A stretch of DNA of 64,000 nucleotides from positions 19,654,001-19,718,000 of the forward strand of contig CM119374.1 of the NCBI GenBank assembly GCA_051294905.1, given 5' to 3'. Positions 1 to 14,000 of this stretch are shown piece by piece. The position numbers and the translations under genes are program-made. The stretch comes from Botryllus schlosseri (Eukaryota). The first letter of the stretch is position 1; the number at the start of each line of letters is the position of its first letter. The notes beneath the pieces were generated by a model. That model worked only from the letters and a program-made list of their open reading frames with translations, had not been told where the DNA came from and made no database searches.

Positions 1-3000
1 ACCAATACTCATGCTGAAAGCTACTGCATGAGTGGCATTCAGTACGTCTCGCAACCATGAATTACATCTACATTGAGAATTCTACAGGCCACTTATGTGG
101 TATAGAGAAATGAACCTTATTATTATTAGACTGGTGTTTAATGATACCCTTCTCTGCCAATATGTGCAATGTGCATGAGATGACATGCGATGGCTAGTTT
201 TGTTTCAACATACAGGTCAAAGCCAACCACCGATTACAAATAGGAATGCGAGACTGCTGTGCACTTACGTCTTATATTTCCAAACTGTTCAGTGAGTTTA
301 AACGGTGGTAAGAAGCGGGTTGGCTATACCAGGACCCAGTAGTATTTTGCTTCATATCTAAACGAAACTCACAGTCCATCTTGTTCCAGCCAATACTTCG
401 AATTCTTCTCACGCTGATAGTGACCGATGTCCAGGCATAATTATTTGAGGCATATGCCAAAATTGCCAAAAATAGCTTATTTTTGATATTTTTCAGATTT
501 TCTTTTTTTTTAAATTTTGGCATCTCCATGAATCACTAGTTTTATGCTGTAATTAAATAGAAAACGTTTTAATTTGGCCTTTCTTATCCAACGACAGTCA
601 TAAAACATGCAGTTTGCCATCAGTGGCAACAAACGTCAAGAGAAAACGAATTTACAACGATGTTGGAGAGCGAATTCACCCGATACAAAACCGACAGCTT
701 CTGCATAGCATCAAAGTTCAATTGTTGATTCGCTATGCGTGCAAAAATCACGGGCAGTCACGCCGGTCACAGTACTACTTATCATACCAATTCAAAAGGG
801 TTGCTGTTACTTCTTGATATCAGCCTTCACTCTATACCCTCATCACGAGTGTAACTATGAGCGGATTCAATTTTTAATATATTATTAAAAATAGACTATA
901 CCTAATTTTGCGGAAAGGATCATTTACTTTCTAATCGCTGGATTGATCAGTCCACAAATTGACCGTAATTCCAGATTAAATTACTCGACTTTTTGGCCTC
1001 GACCACTAAGATTTACATTTTCATTTCATGGACCCCTTGGAGCTAGTCCGCGAACTCCCAAAGGTCCCAGTTTAAGAATTTCTCTTTACACATTTGGTTT
1101 GTCGCTTTTTTTTGCATAGTCAAAATTTTACTTTGGGCATCTAGCTCACGAAATGCCAAATATAATTATGCAAACCTGTAATCGGTTATGGATACCTCAG
1201 TGGCAAATATAGACAAACAACACAATCCAGACGGAAAACGCTGCCTTCGTCGCGTAGGAAATAATGCACGCAATGGAGGAACTAATGATATCCTTATCGA
1301 ACCAAGATGGATGTCAAATTTGCCAATATGTGATAAAGTATTCCATGCAGTATTGTCAAGGATCTGACTAATATTTATTGCTTATAACTCATGCGGAAAT
1401 AGTCATCATAAATTCTCTTGCATTGCTGATCGCCGTTACCAAATTAGCATTTTTCCTAATCAAAGTACGCAGACGACTTCTGTCTGTCCAGACACTTACT
1501 TCTTTGGAAATCGAATTGATTTATTGCGATATGCCATATACAGTAGAGTGATTTCTTTGTTTCCAGCTCCCTAAGGATGTGTTCTTATGTGAAACGCGTC
1601 GGGTAGGCGCAATTATCAAGAAATTTTGCGGATAATATACCGGAATAGCACCTTTCAAGACCATGAATGATTGGTACTCTTTGCAGTATCAAAACGTGAC
1701 AGAATGCTATCTGCACATGATCTGCACGAACCACTTTTAAGCAAAATAAACTTGGGAGCAGGAAGATCCGAGCATACCTTGATCGGTCATGATGTCATGT
1801 TTTAGGAGTTCCCTCCGTTATTGCATGCCGAATCGCATGTTTGCGCCTCTCCGCGCAAATACATTACACGTAAGGTAGTCTTTAATCATCTCGGCATATG
1901 TATAATGCATATATACTACCTCCCCATGTGATGAGAAGCTGCTTGCATTTGTGGCGGTATACGCCATACTGCGTATAAGGTTTGTTGGAGTTTTTAATCC
2001 ACGCATGAAAGCATGAATTGGAATATACGATCGCAGGGTTGTAAGGGTGTATTAATCATCCAGATTGACAGCAAGTAGCCTATCATCCTTCGGCGCTCCA
2101 AAATTCTTCCTGGTCAACGTCTATGCACTGACATCTATTCAATAGTGAGTGCTACAAAAAGGATTAGATTATTTTCTGCGCCCAAACTTTGAATATCCAG
2201 ACTCAATGTACCAGAAAAAGCTATAGCAACTGAGTTAGGCTGCTGGCATGATTGTATCAAGGTGTACGAAGGTGCTTGACTTTATATCGTCGGTAATGCT
2301 CGCCGTGCCATACCTTGAATTCAACGTTGGCTTCGTTCCATTTTCTGATTGTCGATATTTCGTTGAGGCTTCCTACTCTAGTAGATAATGGATAGCTATA
2401 CCTGATGGCGGAAACTCGCTCACAATCGCTTCAAGTAAACCTTGTTGAGGTGTGGTTTCGGATCTTATATCTTCCTTTCAAAGTACATCGTTGGAAGTGA
2501 CCGTGCCTATCAATTATGATATTTGGGATAAATACCACGTGTATAGATCGTATGTTACACAGGGTTATGAAAATATTTTTTATTAGGCATTGCCGCAGGA
2601 ATTTTCTCTATGACCGAATCATAACCTTTATAATCGACTCATCTCGGTAACCGTAACTATTTTCTTACCGAATTACGACCTTGTGAATTTTGACCTGAAA
2701 AATGATAATTGGGTGTGATGATTTTAAAATATTTATGTTTTCACTGTGACTGACAAGGTAAAATATCCAGGCCGTTCACAAATCGAATGGATGCGTTGTG
2801 TGCATGTTTATTGAGTTGCGTATATTTTTGATGATATCATTGCACATTTTCGAACTGCGGTACACGAATTGGGCTTATTGAGGCTTAAGTCGCTTGATTT
2901 ATAAAGCACAGCTCAGAAGGACATGAAATCTCAGAATTTGGTGCTTTGTGCATTGTTCTGGCGCTGATATTACTATTGCCGATTGAATATATGATTTTCG

Positions 3001-4527
3001 ATTCCTACTGTACAGCATTCACAATTGAATTAAATTGTTATTCTTTCCGACATTTCAAATTCCGTATTGCACGGTAAAACTGGAGTCTATCGTCAATTAT
3101 CCGATAACATACCTCCAGACTGAACGCGAAAGCGATATCAGATCGAAGATTGTATCAACATTACGGAGTAACAGGGGATTAATGAGCTGTTTGAAAATAC
3201 AAACCGCGTCATGATGGTGACCTCATCCTCATCACAGAAAATGCTGTTCACCGAAATCATCTCCATATTACAGGAGACTCCCAAACGATTGTTTCATGCA
3301 AGTGGTCATATCTTTACTGTTGTCCATGCCGAGTTAAGTTTGAGATGGTTATCGTAATTTGTCAGATTTTGCTACGAAGCTTTTATTTCTTTACCATTAT
3401 GACTAACAGGATAATATGTGGCAGTTACTTTTTGTGAAGCGTGTCTACGAAACATGCTTCAACATTAAGTGTTCTTTTATCATTCCACTTACAATCATCC
3501 AGTAGGGATATGATTAACGCCGTGATCTTACAGGTAAAAAATCTCTGCACTGTGCGATAACATGCTCTGCTCACTTGCTCAGTCATCACGAATCAATTTA
3601 AAAGAGTTTAATCTGGAGATTTGCGCACGCCTTCATCCAAACACGACGCAGCCTTCACCGAGGGTTTGTTGTTTGGTATTCGTGGTGTTGTGACATCGTA
3701 AGTCTTTCCACACCGGACCGATCTCCTTTATTTTGTTTCCGAGTTGGCGACTTATATCACGGCCCGCTTTCTGTCTAGGCGTCGCTTATGCGGATCGCGT
3801 GGCGATGAGCCCAGATAAAACCTCTTCCGACACTTAGAAATATATTCTGGAGTCTACCTTTACTGAGTGTCAATATTAAGCACTTAGTTGTATACGCAAA
3901 CATTCGCGATCAGTTGGTGGGTCATACGGTGTCTCTCCCGCGTCCAATAGGATTCGCGCAACGTGGCGATACGTTATATAAGTATCCGTTGAAAATACGT
4001 ACGTTGCGTAACGTGGCCTGTCCGCTGTGATGTGGTATCGTGCGTCTAATGGATATGTCATTCCCGATAAACTGTTATATGCAAAATACAAAACAAAACG
4101 AGTTCACACTTTCTTATCGCTCATGGTTCTGGTTCTATAAGTGTATTACCTGTCGCTACTGCCTATAATAGAAATCCTTGGAATGACGACGTTTTATGTA
4201 TCTTTTGGGCAAAGTAATTGGATTGTGCTCTGCACGACTTAGCCATATGCCAGCAAAAACGATCATTATCTGGAATTATATTCAAGGATCAAGGCAAGTA
4301 CAACGAGACGGTGTGTCTGAAGATGACAGGTTTTCGCGGGAAAGTGGATCTTAAGATATCTAAACTCTAAACTGTCACGCTTACCTGTTTTCAATAAAAT
4401 CTCGCGACCGCATGTCACTGATTTCAGCCGGCACTTGACCGCCAAACCGTATAAGAGTCACATTTGGCCTAGCAGTGGTTCAAAACCGCCTCTAGATTTG
4501 GCAGTGAGAATTACTATTACTGATAAC

Positions 4528-4630
4528 TAGGGCGATTTTTTAGACATGTCAAAATAAGTAAAAATTTTGTCAAAATTATAGCGTCAAAAAATTGTCAAAA
4601 TTGTTCACAAAGTCAAAAATTTTTTACAAA
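4528..4630 (+). mobile_element. Fragment of a GGGC(G/A)ATTTTT-terminal MITE family (possibly PIF/Harbinger-like)
   Basis: Homologous to the reverse complement of 48655-48746 (GTCAAAA-rich) and shares its terminus with 47271-47549. Superfamily is inferred only from the GGGC termini and TA-containing flanks. Confidence 0.45.
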
Positions 4631-4819
4631 CTAGCATTTCGTTTGTATCGTAGATGTTTGCACTGTCGATGAACCATACCATATATAAAAGCTATGGATG
4701 AACTTATCATTTGACATTTTACAGCTTGTAGCCTACTTTACAGGCCTACCCTTGTAGACGGCCCATTGTCTGCTCATTGTGAATCATAAACGGTCAAATG
4801 AAACAAATAGGTGAACATG

Positions 4820-5151
4820 TCCTCGTCGAAATTGTTGGCACAGTGACGGAAAATGTTGATTTTGTGGAATTAATATAGCATTCTTTTGTTCCTGTTGACA
4901 CATTGACACATGTTTATAGTTTAAAAGCATGTACCTCAGCATCACGGCATAATATTGCCTGAGTCGTCGCTAGTTAACATGTACGTACACGTACAGTATA
5001 TTAATATATTACTTTACGAAAACGCAGGTTGCTAATTAGCAATATGAAGTCACGTGACGCCATAGGTGCACGTTCGCATTCACACAGAACCTTTGAAAAA
5101 GGTTCGCGTTCACACGAATCAGAATCTTTCGATGGGTTGGCACCATCCCTA
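4820..5151 (-). mobile_element. Partial copy (one end) of the TAGGGATGGTG hAT-like non-autonomous family
   Basis: The reverse complement aligns to the first ~330 bp of 43466-44448: terminus TAGGGATGGTG, GTGTGAACGCGAACC motifs, CTAGCGACGACTC and TTCGACGAGGA. The inner boundary is approximate. Confidence 0.75.
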
Positions 5152-7390
5152 AGAAATACTATTGTTTCCGTGCGAGTAGCCAACTCGTTTTCCATGATGT
5201 GCGTAAACCAACTGCCGATAAGAATCCGCTTGAGTACGTAATAATTCATCAATTTCCGGAATGTATTGTAAAAATGACAGGTCCCTGGCAATTGTTTGTG
5301 CCTGAACGTCACTTGGTTTTTGACCAAGTTTGACCAACTCTCTGAACGTGAATTTTGTTCGATAGATATGAAGACACATCATGATCGGGAGTCGCATCCC
5401 AGAAAATTGGATGCTTAATCAGTAGGTAGAAATGCAAATGTTTTCCTAACATATTCAAAGTTTACCCACAGTTTGTTTTAGTTCTGATTCATATCTTCAC
5501 GTAGCCAAATCTAAAGAAAATATTATATGTACGCACGTGGAGATATTGCGCACATGCTGCATCGGCATTTCCATTACGATATCTGATTCGCAATACACGA
5601 CAAGCTTGCAGCGTACAGAACTCACAATATAGTACGGCATATTTAAAAATTGTGACGAGCATAAGATTTGTATCATTATACCTTACATATTTCCGTGTGC
5701 AGTTCGAACCCTCCTCAATATAAACGAACATTACGCGTTGACACTCAAGTCGCGGGTGTTGCACGTTGCACAAGTTCATTTCAATGGCGAATTTGCAAGA
5801 TCAGTTTTGTTTTACACAACCTGACCTTTTTGTTTACACAATTCTGTAGGTTATCGTTGCAATCGTATTCGCATGATCGCTGCGATATGTCACGGTACCT
5901 TTTTCTACCGTACTAATGACATCAAGCATATTCGTTTACGAGTCCGTTAAGGTTTCCATGTTCTCTAGTACGATTTGGTCGAATTGTCAGATTATGATTC
6001 ACAATGGGACAGTATCCATTCGGTAGTGTAATTTGTTTGTTGACCCGCGTATAAACCCTGTGAACTGCAAAGCGTTATATTGCCTACCGAACTTTCAGCA
6101 GGATTTGTAAAATCTGAGCCACGAGCACTGGTCAGCTTTGAAACAACCGATGTCATCGGAAGACTATATTTTCTGTCAGAACGGTCATTAAGCGCAAACG
6201 TGCTACTATATCACTTACTTTGGCTTACCTTGACGATGAATAATGATATACTCGAACCCAGTGACGACCCGCGATCGTGAAAACGTTTTCCATGTCACAG
6301 CCAAATAGCTCTACACTACGTGTTGTTCGCAACTATAACGTTTTCTAAAGCGGAAATGCCGAATAATTGCACATTGCGAAGATTGAGATTAGGATTTTCA
6401 TGCGATAACTATATGTAACTCAAATAAACAGATACGACCAACATCATTTCCGATACAAAACCATTCTTCAAATCTTCCCATAAATCAGATAGCTTCAAAG
6501 GATAATCAGTATACTCGCGATTTTGATAAGCTGTCCGAATACTCGAATCATGTAGATTGTGTATCAATCAAGTTCACTAACTTGGTCGACGTGAATGACG
6601 CTTGAAATACCACAAATGCATAAAAATAAAACACGATACATATATTAACAGGATATATTTCAGAAAATTCGACTATTTTTCACCTATTTATACATTGGCC
6701 TCAAGCCGCGTAAAACTCATCAACGTTTTCGCGAATTCTCAAAACGGAATTGGTATTTCTCGCTTGATCTGTAACGTGCATGTGTCGCAGTATTTGAGCG
6801 CTAGAGTGCTAAATTTATCATTTCTCATAATTAGCCGTTCCATTTATAGGAAAGCCTTCGAATGGGTTGGGTGTTCCTCCGCGAATGTTGTATAGCTTTT
6901 TTAATAAATCACACGTTTCTGTTGTAATTAGGCTATTTAAGTTTTTAATGATCAGTTGCTCACTTTACAGTTACTTGTTTCAGTTCATCTTCACGTTTTC
7001 ATGTATAGCCAGAGTCACACTGAAGGGGCATGTCTAAAATATATGTCGTCGTCATCATTATGATATCATCCAAGATATTTAAATTCGGCGTATTAAAATT
7101 AGATTCTCCGCCGGACTCCTGTGACTGGAGGATCCTTTTCTATACATATGACGGCTAAGAACATTTATCAATACAATGGCACGCAGAGACACACATCGTA
7201 GGTAACAAGTTTGCATACTAGTACCAGAATCCTAAAAAATGAGGGGTTAACGGCATCCTTTACCCACAATGTATTGTATATGCTATATATACAGGAATAT
7301 AGCACCGTCGTATTCCCAGGGTACGATTCGTGTACAACTGTAGTGCTGTACAATGTACATTATAATAAATATTTGTTGTAATCAGAGTAT

Positions 7391-7620
7391 TTCTGCTGTT
7401 CCCATTCAGATACCAGTTCATAAATGCGAGGCTTCACCTTGAAACGTGTCATCGTATAGTTTGGTCGAATGCAACAGCGTGATACCATTTGCAATTGCTT
7501 AATTACACGAGTTTGTAAATATTGGAGATAGATTTGGCATTTCAGACGGTCTGGGTTTGAACTTCGAGCCCCATCCTCCTCTGCGCACACCACTAAACAC
7601 TATACGTGCCACCACAACAG
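7391..7620 (-). mobile_element. Dispersed repeat, possibly a tRNA-derived SINE
   Basis: 7391-7486 aligns with 51967-52063 at roughly 75-80% identity by eye. Upstream on the minus strand is a B-box-like GAAGTTCAAACCC and a weak A-box-like TAGTGTTTAGTGG. Confidence 0.5.
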
Positions 7621-7854
7621 TCACGGTTCGACTATACTGATCGGGCCGAATTGCCTGTAACCAATGATGGTCAAGACGGGCGTGTCGTCGTAAACCATCT
7701 GTAGGCCTATAAAGGGAATGTGTCTCTTGACCTCAACGGAACCCTTGAGACTGGCTCATGGAACCCCTAGTGTTCCGTGGGACACCGGCTTAGAATCGTT
7801 GCTTTAATGATTGTATTTCATACCTGTCTTATTACAGAAAGGACGACTACAGAT

Positions 7855-8056
7855 CAATGGTCCCTCTAAGCTGCGCACGTGCGCAAATGCGCAGTACTGA
7901 CATAGTCTCTGCGCACAGAAAATCTAAGTTGCGCACAAAAAATCCGATGCGATGACTCTTTTTTAGTAGGTACGCACTGTTGTCCAAGGGTCTGCGCAGT
8001 AAGTTGGTGATTGTGCGCTCTACGCATATACTCGTCAAAAATGATAGGGAACATTG
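7855..8056. mobile_element. Old ~200-bp MITE with GCGCA-rich interior
   Basis: Termini CAATGGTCCCT / AGGGAACATTG form a TIR with 1 mismatch. Flanking 8-mers ctacagat / ctatatat match at 6/8. Confidence 0.55.
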
Positions 8057-11000
8057 CTATATATAGAGTATAAGAACCTTACATATACCGTTTTTGAATA
8101 CTATAGATTTTATGTTGACACGCACAGGTGCGGCATGTTGTGACCATAGCAATGGTCATTGGTCAGTATAACTGTTATCTGAATTCAGACAATGCTCAAT
8201 GTTCTTTCTCAGGCGCGTATTCATATTCGGGAATCGTGTTCACGTTGCAAATGTGTGTTTGAACTAGCATTTTGCAGGAGATGCATTACGTCCAAACATA
8301 GTTTTTCACCTACGGACCGTTTTGCATGATATTTCTTGGGAATATGCTTTGTGACCAAGGAAGCTTAATTGTGTTGCATCATTGGTGTATTTTTGTAATG
8401 TCTAGGACTCGACGTAATCGTCATTATAGAACCGAAAACGATTTATCATAAGTCGAAATAGCTTGGGATATATCATGAGCTATCGCGGGAGACCGGCTCG
8501 TATGTTTAACCTTTTGGTTTGTGGTTTGTATGCAAAGTTGTAGATTTCCAACTCTCGTAACAAAACATATAAATTTCTATTTCTACTATGTATAGCTTGG
8601 TTGTAGCTGTATCCCCTCTGTAACCGTTTCTGAATATCCATCTTTTAAGTACGACGCATTGCGTACTGGTGGTTTCCGACATAGTCATCAACGGATAGCT
8701 GTATAATTTCCAAGCCAAGCCAATATTCAACTCCAAAATCCGGTAATCCATATTCAAACAATTAAACCGATCTTCGCAAACGCTGGTCTAACCTGCGAGA
8801 TGCAGGCGTGCGTAAAGTGTGGATATTTCGAGGTGACACGTGACATCACCAAGCCGGCGTAAACTGAGTAGTTTACGCTTCGTTGCAAAGCAATCCATTT
8901 ATGCCATAATCCCCAAATCTATCGGGTAAATGGGAAAGATAAATGTGTATATGTGCTTGTGTTTTGTTAGGGATGCCGCACGCTGAAAATCCACATTCCA
9001 TTGCAATCGAATATTTGCGTCCTTGTGTATAGTTGACTCGATTAGGTTGGGATAAGTTTGAAACGATGAAATGGATCCAGATTTTCAGAAATTTACGACT
9101 TTATAGCTGAAGAATTTAATGTTGTTAAAAAGTTGTTAACGCATGAACAGCGCCCAAGTGCCGATGGATAATTTCAATCTCGAAGTGTTTACGACACATA
9201 TAAACACGACAACCGTAATAAGTTAGAACCGCAATTTCTGAATGCGGTTCACAATGATATTACCGTTTATTGCGCATGATATTGACTGTGGAGTTAGTAA
9301 TGGCTGTCAGGAATGTTGAATCTTCGATAAAGACCCATTTAACATTGAATAAGGTCATTTATATAGCCTTTTGCGAGCTCCCATATCTACTCCGTGGTTG
9401 GCACCAGACATTTGTATCTCGTAATTGACACAGCGTACCCTTCATATCAGAAGTAAATCGAGATTGCGGAGAGATTACGGAAGACACCACTACAAAAATG
9501 GTAGCCTTTCACAATAGCATAGGAGCAGATTGAACTTGATCTGACTCTAATCAAGATAGTTTTGCGTTTCTGAAAAGGTAATTTGTTTTCTTTCAAAATG
9601 GAGATATGCCGGGCCTTTGTTGTCGATAATTATCAATGGATTCGTGGCGAAATAATCTGAACGCCATCACCAATACTGATTCATGCCTCACGTCATTGCA
9701 ACACGGTAGTATTGACTGGGGTTGCGGCAAACATGAAAATCATGAATATTTTTAACAACGAATGCTATTGTTTCAAAACTGAATCCGCGGTGTTGTGTTT
9801 GACAAGCTGTCTCCAGAAGACACCGGATTCACATTAGTGTCGAATCATGATTTTATAAATATATTTTAGCTTCTATCTGAAAATCGGAATAAATAACAGA
9901 TGGTCGATAAAGAATTCTAAAAGATGTGGGATTAGGCGTACTTCAGTTGTTGGAAAAGTACGTGTGCTGTAGATAATTATTAATGAAATTTTATCTGCAT
10001 TGATGATAGAAATTGGAACAGGACTTTTCATATTTCTCATTGATATTTTACACCGACGCATGATATAAATACACACAATTTTTGCAATGCACAGTGTGTA
10101 TATGCATACCATGAGTGCTGGATTTGGCCTCATTTTGGCGGCCGGTCAGTTATTGTAAACTATATATTGATCATCTATAACACGACTATGCAACGTTGCA
10201 ATAATACACGTTGCAGGTTAATCGGGAAGCTGGTCTGAGGTGACGCAGCGCATGGTACGGTTGATCACACACGGCCCATTAAAGGAACTTCACTAAATTC
10301 CAACTCATTTCCAGCCATCCTTAGAATTCCCTCTGGGAAACCAAAGCAACGTGATTATTAGAATAAACAAGGATGGGTTATTAAAAAAGATTACAGAATG
10401 GCCACGTGGCTTAAATACGTTGTAATAAGATTATAAAAGCAACTGGAATATTATACATAAGATGAGATCGCAAAAGCGGGGCCTACGTTACGATACGATA
10501 CGATAAGTATCGTAAACCCAGGTTAAAGCTTATATAGATTTGGTGTTAAACTATACCATTTTGCAAACGCGTTCACATATCACAACAGATATTTTGGGGT
10601 AGATCACGTAGATTTCCGCATCCCAGAAAGTTATCTGCATGTCATTTTTGTTGTCACAATTAGTATCGTCAGCTTGACCCAAAATAATACCAATAAATTG
10701 CCCACAACATATATGTTACGAAAATGTGATGTTACAAATTCGTAAATCATCCTGTATAGGTCAGCGTGGATCAATTCATTGTTGCTATATTCTACTGTAT
10801 TCAATCTGCCAAAAATCGTATTTTTGCCAATTCCGTTGTTTGCCAATGTTGCTAGAATAGAGCCCACGGGATCCATAATATTATATATGTGACTATTAGG
10901 CGCATTCTTGATAATAAACATTACAGTGAAAAACGAAGGCGTAGATATGGAGGTAATTTATTTGAAGTCATTTGACTCGTCCAGCCAGCGAGCCATCAAA

Positions 11001-14000
11001 AGGTTTGAATCCGGCCCGCTAACCCAGTCGAGTTTAACACTCCTGCCATGCAGTATACCGAGTCCCACATCGTAATATGAAAATTATGCAATAAAGTTCA
11101 TCTGTATGCTAAACGCGGTGTAACTATTATGTATGAGTTTTGTATTTGTCACGAGTTTGATTAGAGAGCCTCCGAAAATTCTATTTTCAAATTGCTAATA
11201 TCCATAGTAATGCAATCATTGCGAAATAAATGCTGCTCGTGTATTCGTTCCACATCGTTACATTATTTCAGCGGCAATTGATCTTATGCGTGAAATTTTT
11301 TATAGATATAAATCAGTTGTGGCGTATCAATAGCTGCAAGTCTCCGTCCGGCACCGCAAATTAATTTTGGCCATGCATTCGTATGCGGGTATGATTTGTT
11401 TGTTCGAGTGTCTCGACTTGTGTTGTCGTTTTACAAAATGTCATGCGTTTGTTGCTGATTCGTGTGTACTTAGCTAAGGCAGATTTTGCACTGATAATCT
11501 CAATTGCATTTTATCTGTATATTCGTACTAAAGTAAAATAGTTACGTCTAAACGTTTACATGTGCGCCGCGGTTATGAAATATCATATCCATGGGCGCTG
11601 TCATGTGATGCGAAATTTGCCGTTATATAACGCCTTTTTGTAGGTGCGGTTAGGAAGTCCATGTTTTTACTTTGATAGAATAATATAATGACTTTGGTAT
11701 CTAAATAACAGACACGTGTACGCAGCCAGTGCGTCGCTACGGCACGCGGAATGCGATTCCCTGCCCGCGAAAATGTCAGACGATTCGTCTGATACCGGTA
11801 CCTTTGCGTTGTCTTTTTCTATGTTTTTTTTTCCGTGAGCCACGGGCATGAACAGTTGAACACGTTGTGTAGTGAGGTTATAATGCTACAAGTCTTTGCC
11901 AGAAGTATAGCATTCCGCGAAAAACAAACACGATATACCTTTTTTGTGTTTGCCATTATTTTGGTTGTTTTTACGTATCTCACCATATCGTTTCAACTAC
12001 ATACACCTGTGTGACTTGTCATTATTATAGACACGATTTATTTATTCTTTTGTTAGTGCACCAAAATTGAGATGAATACAGGCAATTCAGCGACGCCAGA
12101 CATTGACTCATGGACACAGCAGCTGCAAGGGATGCAGAGAATATCTCCCTGACAATATAACGATCGTCTGTTGAGTCAGAGTCATAATGCGAACGAGCCG
12201 GCCCGTTGTAACTGAAGAAGCAGGTATTGCTCCACAAAACACTAGCTCTATTGTCGCGTACGGTTCCAATAAGGTGACGTTAACCTGCGAAGAAAAAATC
12301 AACTGGCTGAGTGCATGCATGATTCAAGAATTAGTCACGGACGCGTTGGATTCAAGTATTTCAACGCTGGATGGCGTCGATTGTTTTTGGTTCAAATCTC
12401 ATTCTTCTTTTGATTAATAATGTCCCACGTTTGTTATGCCTCAAGTATAAACTATGTATGCTGGTGTGACTCGCGCTCCGTGCAATGATCCGTGGCGTAA
12501 ACAGCCCCTAATCTGACGTTATTCTCATTCCTGGATGTTTAGTCTCGCGCTCCTTTTTTGCCAAAGTCGAATTTTTCCGACGATGATTTGAGAGATGCGT
12601 AACAGGCTGAGGCTCGAATTATGGTAACTGTGAACTCGGTCAAGTGTGTCACAATAGTGGTCGCGTATCGCAAAACAGTATTCATTTCACTTAATTTCAT
12701 TGTTTTCGCGACAATAAAAGTACCATTATGTGCGATTTGTTCTGCGAAGATGTGCAATTCTATAAACTATATGCGTGTGCACGAAAACGGCTGTGGCGTA
12801 ACGCTAGTTGTACGTTTAGTTGCATACACATTGCCGTGGCCTGTCTATGTGAATCGCATGCTCTGTTAACGGTGGCAACATAGCGCGGTGCTTTACTTTC
12901 ATCTTAAAAATCGACATCATCTGCACCCAGTTACGAGAGCGTAGAAATATCAAGTGTGAAATAATGATTGATCAGCCTTCTCTTGCTAATGAACAGCTCC
13001 GCGAATAATCTTTACTTTCCTAGTGACATAACGGTCCGCTGTGCAGTGCACGCTCCTTGCATGTTTTAGGTGAGGACAATGCGGTCATAACAGTGCGGGC
13101 CCTTAAAAGTATTCGCGATGAGCGCATCGTAGTCGTCAGCAACATTCATGTTAAGGTTATAACAGAAAACTAGTTCGGTCGTTCTTCGGAAACGTTTTCA
13201 AAAACCGCGATGTACCCTAATTCTCATGACCTTTATCGCACTGTGAATGCTTATCAAAACTTCCGCGGGAAGTGCTTATACTGTGAGGGATTGCGTAATT
13301 CTACTTTTAAAAGGAATATAGTGGTAAAAGTTGAATGCTGTATAGAAACCCCAAACAACGAAATCGACCATAACATTGTTGTGAAGCTGGTGTTCATGTC
13401 TTTGTTAGCTGTATCATGTATAGATTTTGTTACTTTACATTTGACAAAATTTTCGGTCCGGTTTGCTTTTGATTTGCAAGAGCAAGCATTCGCGGAAAAT
13501 GATATGCATCACAATACCTAAGCTCTTGCGTATAAGCTTATCATCAAGTGAATTGCGCGGTGTGACTGCAAACAAGGATTAGATATGCTCTAGTCATCTA
13601 TTGAGTACCGGAAGAATATGAAGTAATGACATCACGGTGTCGAACTTGTGAATGCTTCTCGCTCGATTATGCCATTGGTCCAGTATTCTAAATCGAACTC
13701 ATATTTTATGTAGAACACAAATAATCAAAAACCTTAGCTGGATAAAGCATTACGCGTGAACAATTGCTCGATATACGGGTAAGGTCGCACCGAAGCTTTG
13801 TGATTTGGCCAATAACGCGTCTATAAGGATAGAAGTGACGAAATACGATCAGTACCATTTGCATGTTTGCTGATAGTACAAACCATTCATAACCTCTTCT
13901 GCTAACCCGTTTAGCTTATATTCATGGGGAAATAAATTGGATCCCGCGATAACTCTCTCAATCTTAAGCTTAAAATTCCCAGTCAGTCCATATGGTGTGC

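Noticed and set aside
216-307. Plus-strand exon candidate VKANHRLQIGMRDCCALTSYISKLFSEFKRW with good splice sites
   Set aside because: No recognisable homology, no linked exon, and a competing minus-strand reading exists. Left unresolved.
1800-2030. HAFMRGL motif suggesting an LTR gag remnant
   Set aside because: A single short motif with stops nearby; no LTR, RT or integrase evidence.
5001-5327. 108-aa minus ORF and overlapping ORFs
   Set aside because: They overlap a MITE end and show no domain features.
8857-8878. 9-bp perfect hairpin GCGTAAACT-gagt-AGTTTACGC (possible Helitron 3' end)
   Set aside because: No CTRR end or matching 5' end; a stem this short is expected by chance in 64 kb.
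10631-10921. NGIGKNT as a possible P-loop
   Set aside because: Does not match GxxxxGK[ST], and there is no supporting Walker B motif or splice context.
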